A stretch of 31,368 nucleotides of DNA from an uncultured virus (IMG/VR IMGVR_UViG_3300029305_012016). Lineage: Duplodnaviria > Heunggongvirae > Uroviricota > Caudoviricetes. This document shows, in pieces, positions 15,716-26,300 of this stretch (position 1 is its first letter; each line of letters starts with the position of its first letter). The stretch lies in the IMG/VR virus record IMGVR_UViG_3300029305_012016. One strand, 5' to 3'. The notes beneath the pieces were generated by a model, which was given only the letters and a program-made list of their open reading frames with translations, was not told the origin of the DNA and did no database searches. The position numbers were made by a program, and so were the translations under genes.

Positions 15716-17950
15716 TGCTTTTTCTGCCGGCGGAGCAGGAGCATCTTCTGTCTTAGGCTTATTTATAAACTCGAATTTTATTTTGCCTGTTGCATCCAAA
15801 ACGAGTTTTGCGTCGAAGGTTTTGCCTGCCCTTGTGGTGAATCCACTGATGGCGCGAGTGGACTTTTTGCTAAGTAAAGCTTTTACTTGGGCTTCCGTAA
15901 TTTTCTTGCCACAGATTTCGGATCTGATGGAGACAGGACATCCTGCGGAATACCCGCTGCATCCCCACCCCCAAGCTCTCTTATATACAGGTTTTCCACA
16001 GATAGGACAAGAGAGAGTCCCTTCCGGTGCGGGAACTCCGGAGGACGCCGACCCCGACGCCAAAGCGGAAGTCGTTCCGGGGCCCATGGTTGAGGCGCTC
16101 GCAAAAATAAAGCGACACCATTCCTGAGTCTGCACTTGAACCTCCTGAACGAATATATCGAAGGAGAATTTTCCTGCAGCAATAGAAGCAAGCTTTTGCT
16201 CCATCATGGCGGTGAATGCGGGGGACTTAATATCCTCGACCGGGAAGCCCTGAACAAATCGAATCCCTTTGTCAGTAGCATAAATACTCTTACCTTTTCG
16301 GTAGATATATTCTCTTGCTGTGAGAGTCTTGAGAATTTCCGCTCTTGTAGCGTCAGTTCCAATTCCCTCTACACTGGGGTCGGCAAGAATTTTCTTTAAT
16401 TCTTCATCTTCAAGGTCCTTTCCTGCACTCTTCATGGCTGCGAGGATTGTCTTGTCGGTATAACGCTTCGGAGGTTCGGTTTTACCCTCTTTCACCTCGA
16501 AAGTCGGTTCGACAATATCACCGACGGCCAGCTTTGGCAATCCGTCTTCCTTGATTTTGCCGCCAACAACAAGCCAACCGGGATCTACAATAACTGCTCC
16601 CTTAGAGACAAATTCTTCATCGTTGACTGTAGTATGTGCAACAGTGTTTTCGATAATGGCAGCAGGGTAAATAGTGCGGATCACAGACTTTGCAATCAGG
16701 TCATAAATATTTCCCTGTTCAGGAGATAAGCGAGTAGGAATCTTTTCGGTCGGAATGATAGCGAAGTGGGAATCTACCATAGAAGAATCAAAGAACATAT
16801 CTCTCGGGGTAAGAGCTTTCCCGTCGAGGAAGGGCTTATATATAGGCAGATTTGAAAGCTGTACAAGGATTGACTTTACCACATCTTTCATGTCGTCATT
16901 AAGAAACTGCGACTTAGTTCGGGGATAAGTAATATATCCTTGTTCATATAACCACTGGGAGATCTCAAGGGTTTTGTCGGGGGTAAAACCAAAGTGGTCA
17001 TTGGCATCCATCTGCAAAACTGTTTGGCTATAAAGAAGAGGCACCTCTTTCTTGCTTTTCTTCGCTTCCAAAAAAGAGACTATGCCTTCAGAACCTTCGA
17101 CCTTAGTCAGCATAGCATTTGCATCGGCGATCGAGCTGAATCTCTTGGCCTTATGTTCACCTGTATATTTCTCCCCGGTAGAGGTCGTAAATTCTCCTTT
17201 AAGAGTCCAAAACTTACTGGAGGAAAAAGAACGAATGGCCAGCTCCCTATCTACAATCATCTTGAGAACCGGAGTTTGAACTCGCCCAACACTGAGAACT
17301 CCGTGGCCGGGATTCTTTAAGGTAAATTGCGTAGTCAGATTTGTTCCGATCAGCCAATCGTAAATGGCACGAGCACGCCCTGCGTATTCGATAGCTTTAC
17401 ATTCAGAAGAAGGAATGAGGTTGTCAAAAGCTTCTCGAATACCTTTTTCCGTTTGCGATGTAAATCTAACACGCACATAAGGCGTTTTGCATTTTGACGC
17501 CTCATATACGTATGCAAAAATAACTTCGCCTTCACGATCATCGTCAGTGCTGTTGATAATTAAATCTGCCTTATGAAAAAGCTCTGCGACTTTTTTTCGC
17601 TGAAAGTCATTCCTTTCTGCGAATCTTTTTACATCAGATGTTACAGGCTGAAGCTCATATGCAGCAGGAATAAAACAGACGGGGCGAGCAGACCACTTCT
17701 TAAACGCCGGGTTATATCCGAATGTATCTTTTAGATTATACAGATGTCCAAATCCCCACGTAACGACTACCTCTTCACCCTTAAACATGGTTTTTAGATA
17801 ACCGTACTTTTCTTGCACCTTTTTAACTTCGGCCATGTTTGCCGATAGAGAAACGAGATTGATGCATTTTCTGCTTGGCAGAATTACGCCACCGAGAGCT
17901 GCAGCAATTTTCGCCCCCATATCTTGCTTTTCAGCGTAAATCACTTTCAT
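15713..17950 (-). CDS. topB: Type IA DNA topoisomerase III with C-terminal Zn ribbon/Toprim C-repeat
   Basis: YAEK, TWGFGH, TDDDREGE, SVGRVQTP, ITYPRT (catalytic Tyr), SHFAIIPT, GIGTDATR; CPICG...GCSGY...ICGKKIT...GFTTRAGKTFDAKL. Confidence 0.93.
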   Translation of the reverse strand: MKVIYAEKQDMGAKIAAALGGVILPSRKCINLVSLSANMAEVKKVQEKYGYLKTMFKGEEVVVTWGFGHLYNLKDTFGYNPAFKKWSARPVCFIPAAYELQPVTSDVKRFAERNDFQRKKVAELFHKADLIINSTDDDREGEVIFAYVYEASKCKTPYVRVRFTSQTEKGIREAFDNLIPSSECKAIEYAGRARAIYDWLIGTNLTTQFTLKNPGHGVLSVGRVQTPVLKMIVDRELAIRSFSSSKFWTLKGEFTTSTGEKYTGEHKAKRFSSIADANAMLTKVEGSEGIVSFLEAKKSKKEVPLLYSQTVLQMDANDHFGFTPDKTLEISQWLYEQGYITYPRTKSQFLNDDMKDVVKSILVQLSNLPIYKPFLDGKALTPRDMFFDSSMVDSHFAIIPTEKIPTRLSPEQGNIYDLIAKSVIRTIYPAAIIENTVAHTTVNDEEFVSKGAVIVDPGWLVVGGKIKEDGLPKLAVGDIVEPTFEVKEGKTEPPKRYTDKTILAAMKSAGKDLEDEELKKILADPSVEGIGTDATRAEILKTLTAREYIYRKGKSIYATDKGIRFVQGFPVEDIKSPAFTAMMEQKLASIAAGKFSFDIFVQEVQVQTQEWCRFIFASASTMGPGTTSALASGSASSGVPAPEGTLSCPICGKPVYKRAWGWGCSGYSAGCPVSIRSEICGKKITEAQVKALLSKKSTRAISGFTTRAGKTFDAKLVLDATGKIKFEFINKPKTEDAPAPPAEKA

Positions 17951-17977
17951 AATATTGTCCTCCTGTTTTATAAGTAT

Positions 17978-17991
17978 ATTATATAAGAAAA
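17978..17991 (-). promoter_or_regulatory. Conserved promoter motif TTTTCTTATATAAT
   Basis: Exact copy upstream of topB. Confidence 0.8.
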
Positions 17992-18019
17992 CGGCAAAAA
18001 AATCGAATTAGTTATATAC

Positions 18020-18046
18020 AAAAAAAGACCGCTCGAAAGCGGTCTT
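18020..18046 (-). terminator. Intrinsic terminator
   Basis: AAGACCGCT-cgaa-AGCGGTCTT with an A-run on the left (U-tract on the minus strand). Confidence 0.8.
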
Positions 18047-18073
18047 GATTTATGGGCAATATCTGCAGTAACA

Positions 18074-18265
18074 TTAAATTTGTACGGTGATTCCGTGGAT
18101 GCGTATCGAAGGATAGTATTGGACAAACATCCGACCAATAGTATAGTCGTCGTATTTATGGCTGAGGCAATCGGCTTCGGATGCTTCAAGACACTCTTCT
18201 TCAGCGGTTTCAATCCAGAGAAATGTTTCTCCGTCTACGAGCTCGCGTAACTCTCTGATTGTCAT
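18074..18265 (-). CDS. Small hypothetical protein
   Basis: 63 aa (MTIRELRELVD...), RBS AAGGAG. Confidence 0.7.
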   Translation of the reverse strand: MTIRELRELVDGETFLWIETAEEECLEASEADCLSHKYDDYTIGRMFVQYYPSIRIHGITVQI

Positions 18266-18318
18266 ACTTAACTCCTTTCTGTCGGCATCGAACCGACATT
18301 TATATATATTGTCTTCTT

Positions 18319-18690
18319 TTATCTGTTTTGATCATAATCATCCACCCATAGCTCATAGTCAGATTCGGAGGTTAAGACATCCATAAACTTGAGTGTCGCC
18401 TCAATGACGCGGCTGGGGGTATAATCATTGTCGGAACAGATAGGAGGGAAACCTCTGTTGATGGCTGATTCATTGCATCGACGAAGCAGGTTTGCGATGC
18501 GATTAGCACTCTGCGAGATGTCGCTTGCAAGTTTGTAATGAAAAACAAGCAGTTCTTTCCCATCCTTGCTGGAAAACTGTTCTCTCAGGGCGAGCTGACC
18601 ATGGAGTTTCGAGCATGCTCTGATAAGACCTACAACCTTATTGGACTCGACCAAGGCTAATTTTTTTAACACAGAAACAGCAATTATCAT
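18319..18690 (-). CDS. Hypothetical protein
   Basis: 123 aa, RBS AAGGA, motif variant ATTTCTTGTATAAT at 18778-18791. Confidence 0.7.
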   Translation of the reverse strand: MIIAVSVLKKLALVESNKVVGLIRACSKLHGQLALREQFSSKDGKELLVFHYKLASDISQSANRIANLLRRCNESAINRGFPPICSDNDYTPSRVIEATLKFMDVLTSESDYELWVDDYDQNR

Positions 18691-18796
18691 TTTTCAAACT
18701 TCCTTTCGTAATATTTCTTTCGGAATAACTATTCGGTGGTTTTTTGTATGCGATTGTATGATAATATCTTCTATAGTATTATACAAGAAATGAAGC

Positions 18797-18824
18797 AAAA
18801 AAAGAGCCCCGAAGGACTCTTTTT
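18797..18824. terminator. Intrinsic terminator (bidirectional-type)
   Basis: A-run, then AAAGAGCCC-cgaa-GGACTCTTT, then T-run. Confidence 0.7.
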
Positions 18825-18847
18825 CGCCGTGCTACATATTTTTGCAT

Positions 18848-19141
18848 TTAGTTGTCGTCAGTCTCGGAAACGCTTTCCTTCGCAGAACTGATAAAAGAGT
18901 CGATGCCGTTAAAGTCGCCGAACTGAGATCCGAAGCCTTCACGAACATCTTCGAACTTCTGCCGGAAGTCGTCCATCGAATTGCTGACCGACTCAATGGT
19001 AGACTGAGCTTCTTCATACTGCGTTGCTACATCGTCATTCGCGTTGTTAATTTGTACCGCATTAGGTATAATAACAACAAAGAGCATGATGATACCAACA
19101 ACGAGAGACGCGAGCATAAGAATCAAGGATATTTTCTTCAT
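18848..19141 (-). CDS. Small membrane-anchored protein with helical/coiled extracellular part
   Basis: MKK plus a 23-residue hydrophobic helix; RBS GGAGG; motif variant TTTTATTATATAAT at 19261-19274. Confidence 0.75.
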   Translation of the reverse strand: MKKISLILMLASLVVGIIMLFVVIIPNAVQINNANDDVATQYEEAQSTIESVSNSMDDFRQKFEDVREGFGSQFGDFNGIDSFISSAKESVSETDDN

Positions 19142-19285
19142 TTTTAACCTCCGATACCAAAGCCTGCCATTTTTAGGAAAACAGTCAGGAACTTACATGG
19201 GGGTGGCTATTCATTTAATGCACGAACAACTCCAAACATCAATAAAATAACCACGATATTATTATATAATAAAACGAAGGAAGAT

Positions 19286-19330
19286 AAAAACGGACCCCGA
19301 CACCATACTGCAAAGTATAGCGTCGGGATC
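19286..19330 (-). terminator. Possible terminator after the recJ operon
   Basis: CCCGAC..ATACT-gcaa-AGTAT..GTCGGG stem with an A-run on the left. Confidence 0.5.
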
Positions 19331-19348
19331 TTCTAAGTCTTATTTTGT

Positions 19349-20320
19349 TTAGTTCTTCGAATGGAGAGCGGCTTGGAGATCTTCATCTAACATCGCGAAG
19401 CTCTCTTCGTTTTTTAGAATACTATCGGGGACAAAGCTTGCTTCAGACTTTTGGTAAACCACAGGATCAATTTTGGCATCTGCTGCTGCCATCTTCTTAG
19501 CTTTTCGGTATTGCCCAGGGAACATTGAGATGTCGAAGCTCAGGGAAACGCTATAAAGCTTGTCTACGGTTTCCTCAAACTCAGCAGCCGTCAAACGAAT
19601 ACTCGAAGTTACCTTGTTTATCATTTTGGACGCCTCGATATTGAAGCCACCGGTTGCAGTAGAACTTATAGGAGCATAGCCGTTACTGATCTCCACAATA
19701 TAAGGATAGCGCATCTCCGGCTCATATCTCATGCTGATGCTGTAGACAAAGACATTCCCTTTATCGTCAGCACGGGAACGAAGGAATTTCATCTTCGCTT
19801 CGTATACCGTGACGGGCTTCAAGCTGAACGAAAAAGCAGGCACCGCTGTTGCAGAAGCATCAGCAGGCGAAGATAATGCCCGATGGAATGCATCTACGAT
19901 CTTTTGATTTGCCGGATACTTTGCTAAGTTGCTCTCATAGAAAGACAACTGTTTTTTTGCCTCTTCCGGATCAGAAACACAGAGTTCTTTGACTGACTTT
20001 CCCTTATGAGTGCCAAAAGGAATCAGTACATCTCCACCGGATGGCCCATTACCGGATGTGGGGGCAAGCATTTCATAAATCGTCCGAGCCTGAACAATGC
20101 CATTCTTCCGATGATAAATTCCTGCAATATCAGACTGCGGAATATTCCCGGTAGGGTATACTACATGCTCTCCCTTCTTATCGACAATCGTTAGCACGAA
20201 TCGGCTGTATCCTACATGCTCGATAGGGCCAACCTTATCGTTCGCCCCCGGTACAGAGAGTTGGGCATCAACCGCGAAGGTGACTTGTTCTCTCTTGATT
20301 ACTATCGGTTCAGTATTCAT
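19349..20320 (-). CDS. Hypothetical protein with PFG.HKG motif, co-transcribed with recJ
   Basis: IPFGTHKGKSVKEL (DUF3820/ExoX C-terminal-like motif); RBS AAGGAGG just after the recJ stop. Confidence 0.75.
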   Translation of the reverse strand: MNTEPIVIKREQVTFAVDAQLSVPGANDKVGPIEHVGYSRFVLTIVDKKGEHVVYPTGNIPQSDIAGIYHRKNGIVQARTIYEMLAPTSGNGPSGGDVLIPFGTHKGKSVKELCVSDPEEAKKQLSFYESNLAKYPANQKIVDAFHRALSSPADASATAVPAFSFSLKPVTVYEAKMKFLRSRADDKGNVFVYSISMRYEPEMRYPYIVEISNGYAPISSTATGGFNIEASKMINKVTSSIRLTAAEFEETVDKLYSVSLSFDISMFPGQYRKAKKMAAADAKIDPVVYQKSEASFVPDSILKNEESFAMLDEDLQAALHSKN

Positions 20321-20341
20321 CTTTTGTTTATTCCTCCTTTT

Positions 20342-22012
20342 TTATAAGACTCCATTCTGCTTGAGGGCTTCAAGAAGAGGGGAGCGAGTTACATGAGATT
20401 CACCCGGTTGCCAGTCGGAAAGTTCCATCGACAGTTCGCGCGTATTCATGAAGACATTTAGTTTGAGTGTTCCGACCATATCCACCAAAACAGGCTCTCC
20501 GGATGCGAGATACTGCGAAGCATTGTTGAATGCAGTGGCAGAAAAGCCTTTGGCGTAAAGTTTCAGATGTTTCTCCTTCATAATCTTAAAATGAGTTCCA
20601 TTTCGAGGGCTCAGAACGACGTTTCGAACAAGAAAAACCGGTGCCGGATTTCCTGCCCCAAATGGAGCGTAGACTTGAAGTTCTTTGTACACGCAAGGAA
20701 TATCCTCGACGCCGATTTCAAGGTCATAATACAGTGATGTTTCTTCTGCGTTATTCTCATAACCGCGCATTGCATCCTGCATAAGCAAAACCGCCTCAGA
20801 GTAATTCTCCCTGGTAACAGATAAACCGGCAGCCCCGGTGTGTCCGCCGTATTTAAGAAGTTTGTCTTTCGCAGCTTCAACTACAGACAGCAAATCTACA
20901 CCTTCAACAGAACGACCAGACCCTTTCAGTACCGTTTTGTCTTCACCATCGGTAAAACAGAAAGCGGGGACATTGTATTTCTCCGCTAACTTTCCGGTTA
21001 AAATGCCCACGATTCCTTCACAAATGTTGGGGATATATACGCAAAGGGGGACATCACTGAGAAGTCCTTCGTCTACAATGATCTGCTCTGCTGTAAGTAA
21101 TGCATTTTCAACCTCAACCTTGCGTCGCTTGTTAACTTCCGAGAGATACGCGGCCTTTCTTTCGGCTGTATTGTCCTCAGTCAGAAGGAGATTAAGGCTC
21201 ATGCTTGCCCCGGCATCAAACATTCTACCAGGAGCGTTAAGCATAGGAACGATTTTGAATGCTAATTCTGACTCTGTGACATGCGTTCCCACATGAGCAA
21301 GTAAAGCTCGAAGACCAGCAGAGAGGATGTTGCGCTCCGTCCCGATAAGATGCAATCCGTGCTTAACAATGCGGCGATTATCATCAATAAGGGGCATAAC
21401 ATCTGCAACGGTTGCAATTGCTGCCAGCACGGTCGCCCGCTTCATGAAGATAGCTTCTTCATGCATGGGCGAGGGGAATATCATTTCGCAGAGCTTTAAC
21501 GCTAACCCTGCACCACAATACTCCGCAAACCCGTTATTGTCGGGATCAATGTGTGGGTCAACAATTACATCGGCGTCAGGCAAAGTTTTACCGGGAATAT
21601 GGTGGTCCAAAACGAAAACCTTCATCCCTTTTCTCTTGGCGACCGAAATAGCTTCGTTGGCCCTAACTCCGTTGTCCACGGTGATCAATACCTCTGCGTC
21701 GGTGTTCTCAATCACAGACGTAGGGACACCATATCCGTCCGTGAATCTGTGTGGGAGATAGGAAGCAGGGTTTCCACCCAGCATCCAAAGCAACTCGGTG
21801 AGAATTGTTGTTGCTGCGATACCATCTACGTCATAGTCACCCACGATAAGCATTTCTTTTTCCAGATTCTCAATGAGAGCGTCGGCAAATGCTCGCATAT
21901 TCTGAATCTGATCGGGTGGTAATGGGTCCTGGGTAAGTGCAGTTCCCGTGTAATTTGCTAAGCAAACTTCAGAAACCGAGTTCGCAGAACCTTTTTTTAT
22001 CCACTTTTTCAT
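20342..22012 (-). CDS. recJ: RecJ-like DHH ssDNA exonuclease
   Basis: VGDYDVDG, DGYG, ITVDNG, LDHH, CGAG, ATVADV, NAPGR, GSGRS, GGHTGAAG, PFGAGNP. The start is uncertain (22012 chosen). Confidence 0.92.
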   Translation of the reverse strand: MKKWIKKGSANSVSEVCLANYTGTALTQDPLPPDQIQNMRAFADALIENLEKEMLIVGDYDVDGIAATTILTELLWMLGGNPASYLPHRFTDGYGVPTSVIENTDAEVLITVDNGVRANEAISVAKRKGMKVFVLDHHIPGKTLPDADVIVDPHIDPDNNGFAEYCGAGLALKLCEMIFPSPMHEEAIFMKRATVLAAIATVADVMPLIDDNRRIVKHGLHLIGTERNILSAGLRALLAHVGTHVTESELAFKIVPMLNAPGRMFDAGASMSLNLLLTEDNTAERKAAYLSEVNKRRKVEVENALLTAEQIIVDEGLLSDVPLCVYIPNICEGIVGILTGKLAEKYNVPAFCFTDGEDKTVLKGSGRSVEGVDLLSVVEAAKDKLLKYGGHTGAAGLSVTRENYSEAVLLMQDAMRGYENNAEETSLYYDLEIGVEDIPCVYKELQVYAPFGAGNPAPVFLVRNVVLSPRNGTHFKIMKEKHLKLYAKGFSATAFNNASQYLASGEPVLVDMVGTLKLNVFMNTRELSMELSDWQPGESHVTRSPLLEALKQNGVL

Positions 22013-22134
22013 ATTTATCATCATCTCCAATCATCACAATATTAGCCGATACTATTATTATATATAAATTGTAAGGAAGATAAAAATCGGTTTAATTAGG
22101 AATGTGAGTGGAGTGTAACAAAAATGAATATAGC

Positions 22135-23148
22135 CTAAAATGTTGTAAAGATAGATGTTGCTTTGTGATACTGGATTATGTCGGCGTCGTATGACTCTTG
22201 AGACGAATAGAAAGAAAATTCATATAAGAAGCCATCTTGTTGGACAATATTATGCTGCATGACAACAGGACTCCCGTTGTCATTATAGGTAGCTACAATC
22301 GATATGGAATTCCCTGTGTGATTAAATGCGGATATAGAATAGTCTTCTACATTTCCGTATGCTTTTTGATAATCTTCTTTTGTAATCTCCTCCAAGCTCA
22401 AGGTTGCCGCTTCAACACCTACTGTATAATAAGAACCGGTAACAGGGTTCTTGGAAATAAAAACCCCGTCTTCAATAAAAGATTCCCACGATACAGGAAC
22501 ACCAAATTGGAATGAACCAAACTCATTGTACACAATATCGAACCCTTCGGGGACGGGATTTTCTTTATTCCACTTCAAAGATTCAAATGTAGATAGCACT
22601 GTATCCCAATATTCCTCTCGCTTAACCTTAGGAATCTCATATTTTACCGACAGAAGATGCGATAAGTCCCATGTGCGCATTATGTAACACAAAATTCCCT
22701 GACCTTCGTAGACGAGGGTATAAGTCGTCTCGTCAATATAGAGGAACTCTTCTAAAATGTAACCATTTTTTTCTGCCCATTGCAAATAAAACTTCTCAGT
22801 CTTATTGTTTTCTAAAGGATCATACTTTTCAACTGAAATAGTTATTGCGGAGCCATCTTCTTGGGAAACGAATTGTTCGCTTCCATTTCGAACAACAAAA
22901 GTCCATTCCGCAGGAACGGAAAGCGACATATCAAGTGTTTTTGATATGTAATTTCGAAGCATGATTTTATTTGAGTCGTTAGCAGATGAATGGACCGGTT
23001 GTGTGTCCGGAACAGCGTGATATTGCGGAAGGGAATTTTTGCTTTTGTTTCCGAGCACAAATAACAGGGCAATAATAGAACAAACAATAAAAACGACGAT
23101 TATGGTTCGAAAAAGGGAAGGGGTTTGATCTCGGTTCTTAAATAACAT
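22135..23148 (-). CDS. Membrane-anchored protein with two tandem PsbP/DcrB-like domains
   Basis: N-terminal TM; repeated MSLSVPAEW / FQFGVPVSW openings and closing 'STFESLKW' / 'KATSIFTTF' helices. Confidence 0.65.
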   Translation of the reverse strand: MLFKNRDQTPSLFRTIIVVFIVCSIIALLFVLGNKSKNSLPQYHAVPDTQPVHSSANDSNKIMLRNYISKTLDMSLSVPAEWTFVVRNGSEQFVSQEDGSAITISVEKYDPLENNKTEKFYLQWAEKNGYILEEFLYIDETTYTLVYEGQGILCYIMRTWDLSHLLSVKYEIPKVKREEYWDTVLSTFESLKWNKENPVPEGFDIVYNEFGSFQFGVPVSWESFIEDGVFISKNPVTGSYYTVGVEAATLSLEEITKEDYQKAYGNVEDYSISAFNHTGNSISIVATYNDNGSPVVMQHNIVQQDGFLYEFSFYSSQESYDADIIQYHKATSIFTTF

Positions 23149-23169
23149 ATATACAACTCCTTTTTCATT

Positions 23170-23183
23170 ATTATATAAGAAAA
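23170..23183 (-). promoter_or_regulatory. Conserved promoter motif TTTTCTTATATAAT
   Basis: Exact copy upstream of ATG 23148. Confidence 0.8.
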
Positions 23184-23302
23184 TGATATGAAAAATTGAA
23201 TACTAAAACAGAATCAAGAAACGCACGTGCACATTATTGAATCGTGCGCGCGGTATTTGCATCGAGGATTATGATATTTTTCCGTTTTTTTGTTTTTGTC
23301 AT

Positions 23303-23316
23303 TTTTCTTATATAAT
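23303..23316 (+). promoter_or_regulatory. Conserved promoter motif TTTTCTTATATAAT
   Basis: Exact copy, divergent partner of 23170-23183. Confidence 0.8.
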
Positions 23317-23343
23317 AATTGTATAATGAAAGGAGGGCGAACT

Positions 23344-26300
23344 ATGAGAAATTTTGAAGAACTTCGCAACAGCATTGCTTATGCGAATGAGCTCAGAACC
23401 CAAATCATGGATACCGCTGACCTCGGCGAAAACGCAGATCGTTCGGGGGACAATGCTACGGATAATTACTTAAAGTCAGAATACGACAAGGTCCGTGGCG
23501 AAATTGGAGAATTTGTTTTCGGAGAAGCCTTTAGCTGCCTTTCTGAATTTGATGATAGTGTAATTGAAAAGCTGTTGAGCTGTGTCGATGAAAATGGACA
23601 AGTCGATATTGAGAAAATGACGGACGTGCTGTCTGAATTTACAGCGGAAACGGACTCAGTGGACTTGGGGACCATGCCCGAGCTCGATTTGCCATTTGAT
23701 GAAATAGGCGAGACTCACAGATCCGTTGACTTTTTTGACGGAGATTCATTTGTCGGTCGTTCAGAAACAAACGCAGAAAAAAGCTATGACGAGAAATTGA
23801 TGGGGCGACTCGTTGACGATCTCGGAATCAATAATCCCGATAGAGCAAGCAAGATCTATAGCTCTTTAGAAAAATCTTATGATGGAAACCTTGACAAAAT
23901 GAACGCTGCGACAACTTTTGCGCAGCACTGCGACCCGGCATCCATCAAGGCGAACTCAAAAGAGGAAGTTTTAGAGCGAAGAATTAACTACGACATCGCA
24001 AAAGATACATTCGAGGACACAAAAGACAAATACGCATTTCGAAATATCTTTGCCTCAGTTGATCGCTTGAGCTTTAATATCGCTGCATATCGTGCCGGCC
24101 TTCCGGGAGCGGGAGGAAAGCTTGTCACCGGTGGGCAGATTGCCATCAACGTCCTTGAGGTGCTTCGCGGAAACATTCTTGATTCCATAGTGGAAGTCGG
24201 AATTAAAAAAGCATTAGATAAGATTGTTGAAGCACGAGAGGCCCAAGTAGATAGAGGTATAGAGCGGGATACCCCGGACACACCGAGAGAGTCCAATCCG
24301 ACAGCTCACGATTTTGAACATCCGTCCGAACACATAGACAGAAGCGTAAATGCCCCTCCCGAACAAAACGCAGACAGGGAAACAAACAAGCCTGAACCTG
24401 TATTCAGGGAAAATGGCAGTATCAGCCCTAAGGCGACTAAGGACGAGATAAAGACTGCATCAGAACGCATTGATAAATCAAATCCCGCCGGTGGTAATTT
24501 CTGTGGAGCCGACATGAAAGCCGAACCCAGGGTGTTTAAGGGGATTTCCACATGGAGCACAGACAGGAATATTGAAACTCATACGGTTGTAATTGACGGA
24601 AAAGAAGATCGCTTATCTGTTCAAAGTATGCGTGTCGCCGATGTTGCAGGAAATCGTTATCTCGTAGATCCTTGTGGTAAAGCAATTCCGATTGAAGTTA
24701 CCAAGCCGACTACTTTGATTGATATTGGAACAGACGGAAGGGGATACATCCCTTCCCTCGACAGAATGGCAACCAAAGCAGAAAGTGCTAAGGTCGAAGC
24801 CTATGCAACAGCAAACGACAAGACCGTTGCGGAAGCAAAGGCGGAATTTAGCGAAAAAGCAGTAGCGGCATATATCGAAAAGGCTGAAACTCGTATTGAA
24901 TCCCACAAAACTTTCCTTGAGGGAAAAGTCTCCGAACATAGAGAGGTTATCGATGGTTATAAGGACAACATCGACAGACTTTCGAGAGCGGTAGAAGAAC
25001 TCAAAGGAAAAGCAGACCGGATTGGAACAGATATGCCCCAAGAAGTAAGTGCCAAGGCCGAGCTTGAAGCGAAAATCTCCGAGTTAAAGGACGGTATCGC
25101 CAAATTAGAAGGAGCGATAGATGAACGACAGAGGACGATTGATAAATACGAAGCTACCATCGAACGCTATAGAAACGCAATTGATGTAGCTAAGTCCGAC
25201 ACATCGACCTCTGATAAGCTTTCCGCTGTGATAGAAGCTGAATCAAGTGCCACAGGGCGATTCGAAACAGATTTGGTTGGCCTCAATCCTGCTGATGTAG
25301 AAAAAATTGCAAAAGATCTTGAAGCTTCTGATGAAGTTTTAGCGGATATAGATGTTGCACCCGAAGAGGTTACATCCGGAGAAAATGACTCGGGAACAGA
25401 AGTGATTCCCGATACCGTATCTCTTTCTACTGGTGATATGACAGAAAATGCCAATACGCCTCATGATAGCGCTGATGGTGCAGTAGAATTACCGAAGGGA
25501 ATGGAGAATGAAGATCGTGTTGGGCAAGACGACAAATTGAAGCACTTGGATATTGACTCTGATCACGCCTCAAAAAAAGAAGTCGGCGATATTATAGCAG
25601 ATAAAATGGAAAGCATTGTTGCTGCCGAAGAGAAACTGGCTGACATCAAGGATCAAATAGACGAAAAGGAAGCTCAGCTCGAAAAGGCACAAAATGATCT
25701 CGAACAGAACAAGCTTGCGTTAGAGGAATGCAAAGCAAACCCGGATCTTTTTGGGGGGCAGGGGGTTGAGTCTGCGTTAGAGGCCAATATAGCCGAGTCC
25801 GAGGCAACGGTTGAAGGGATTAAAGCCGAAATCGAAACTTTGGAAGCCGAAAAAATTGATATGGAAGCTCGTATTGATGCAGATAACAAGGTAATCTCTT
25901 TCTGCGAAGACGGCATGAAAGACGGCTCTCAGCTCACAGTAAATGACGAAGGCAAAATTGAGAAGGTTTCGCCGGACGGGAAACTCGAAACCTGTGACCC
26001 AAAGACAGGCGTTACATCGGACAATAGTAACGAAAAACCGGATTTAGCTACTTCCGATTCTTCTGAGGGGTCTGCAGACCAGAACTCAGTTCTGCAAGAT
26101 GCCCTTACTGATGTATATTCGGACTCGGACGCATCCACACAAGATGGACGGGAAGCTGTTCGGGATGCAATGAATGAAGGTGCAACAGCCTCAGATGTAC
26201 TCTCTGCAATTAACGACTCCGTAAAAGAACTCGCAGAAAACGGAGTGGAAGTTGACGCCGACAAAGTGTCAGAGTCTATTAGCGAGGTTTTTGACGAGCT

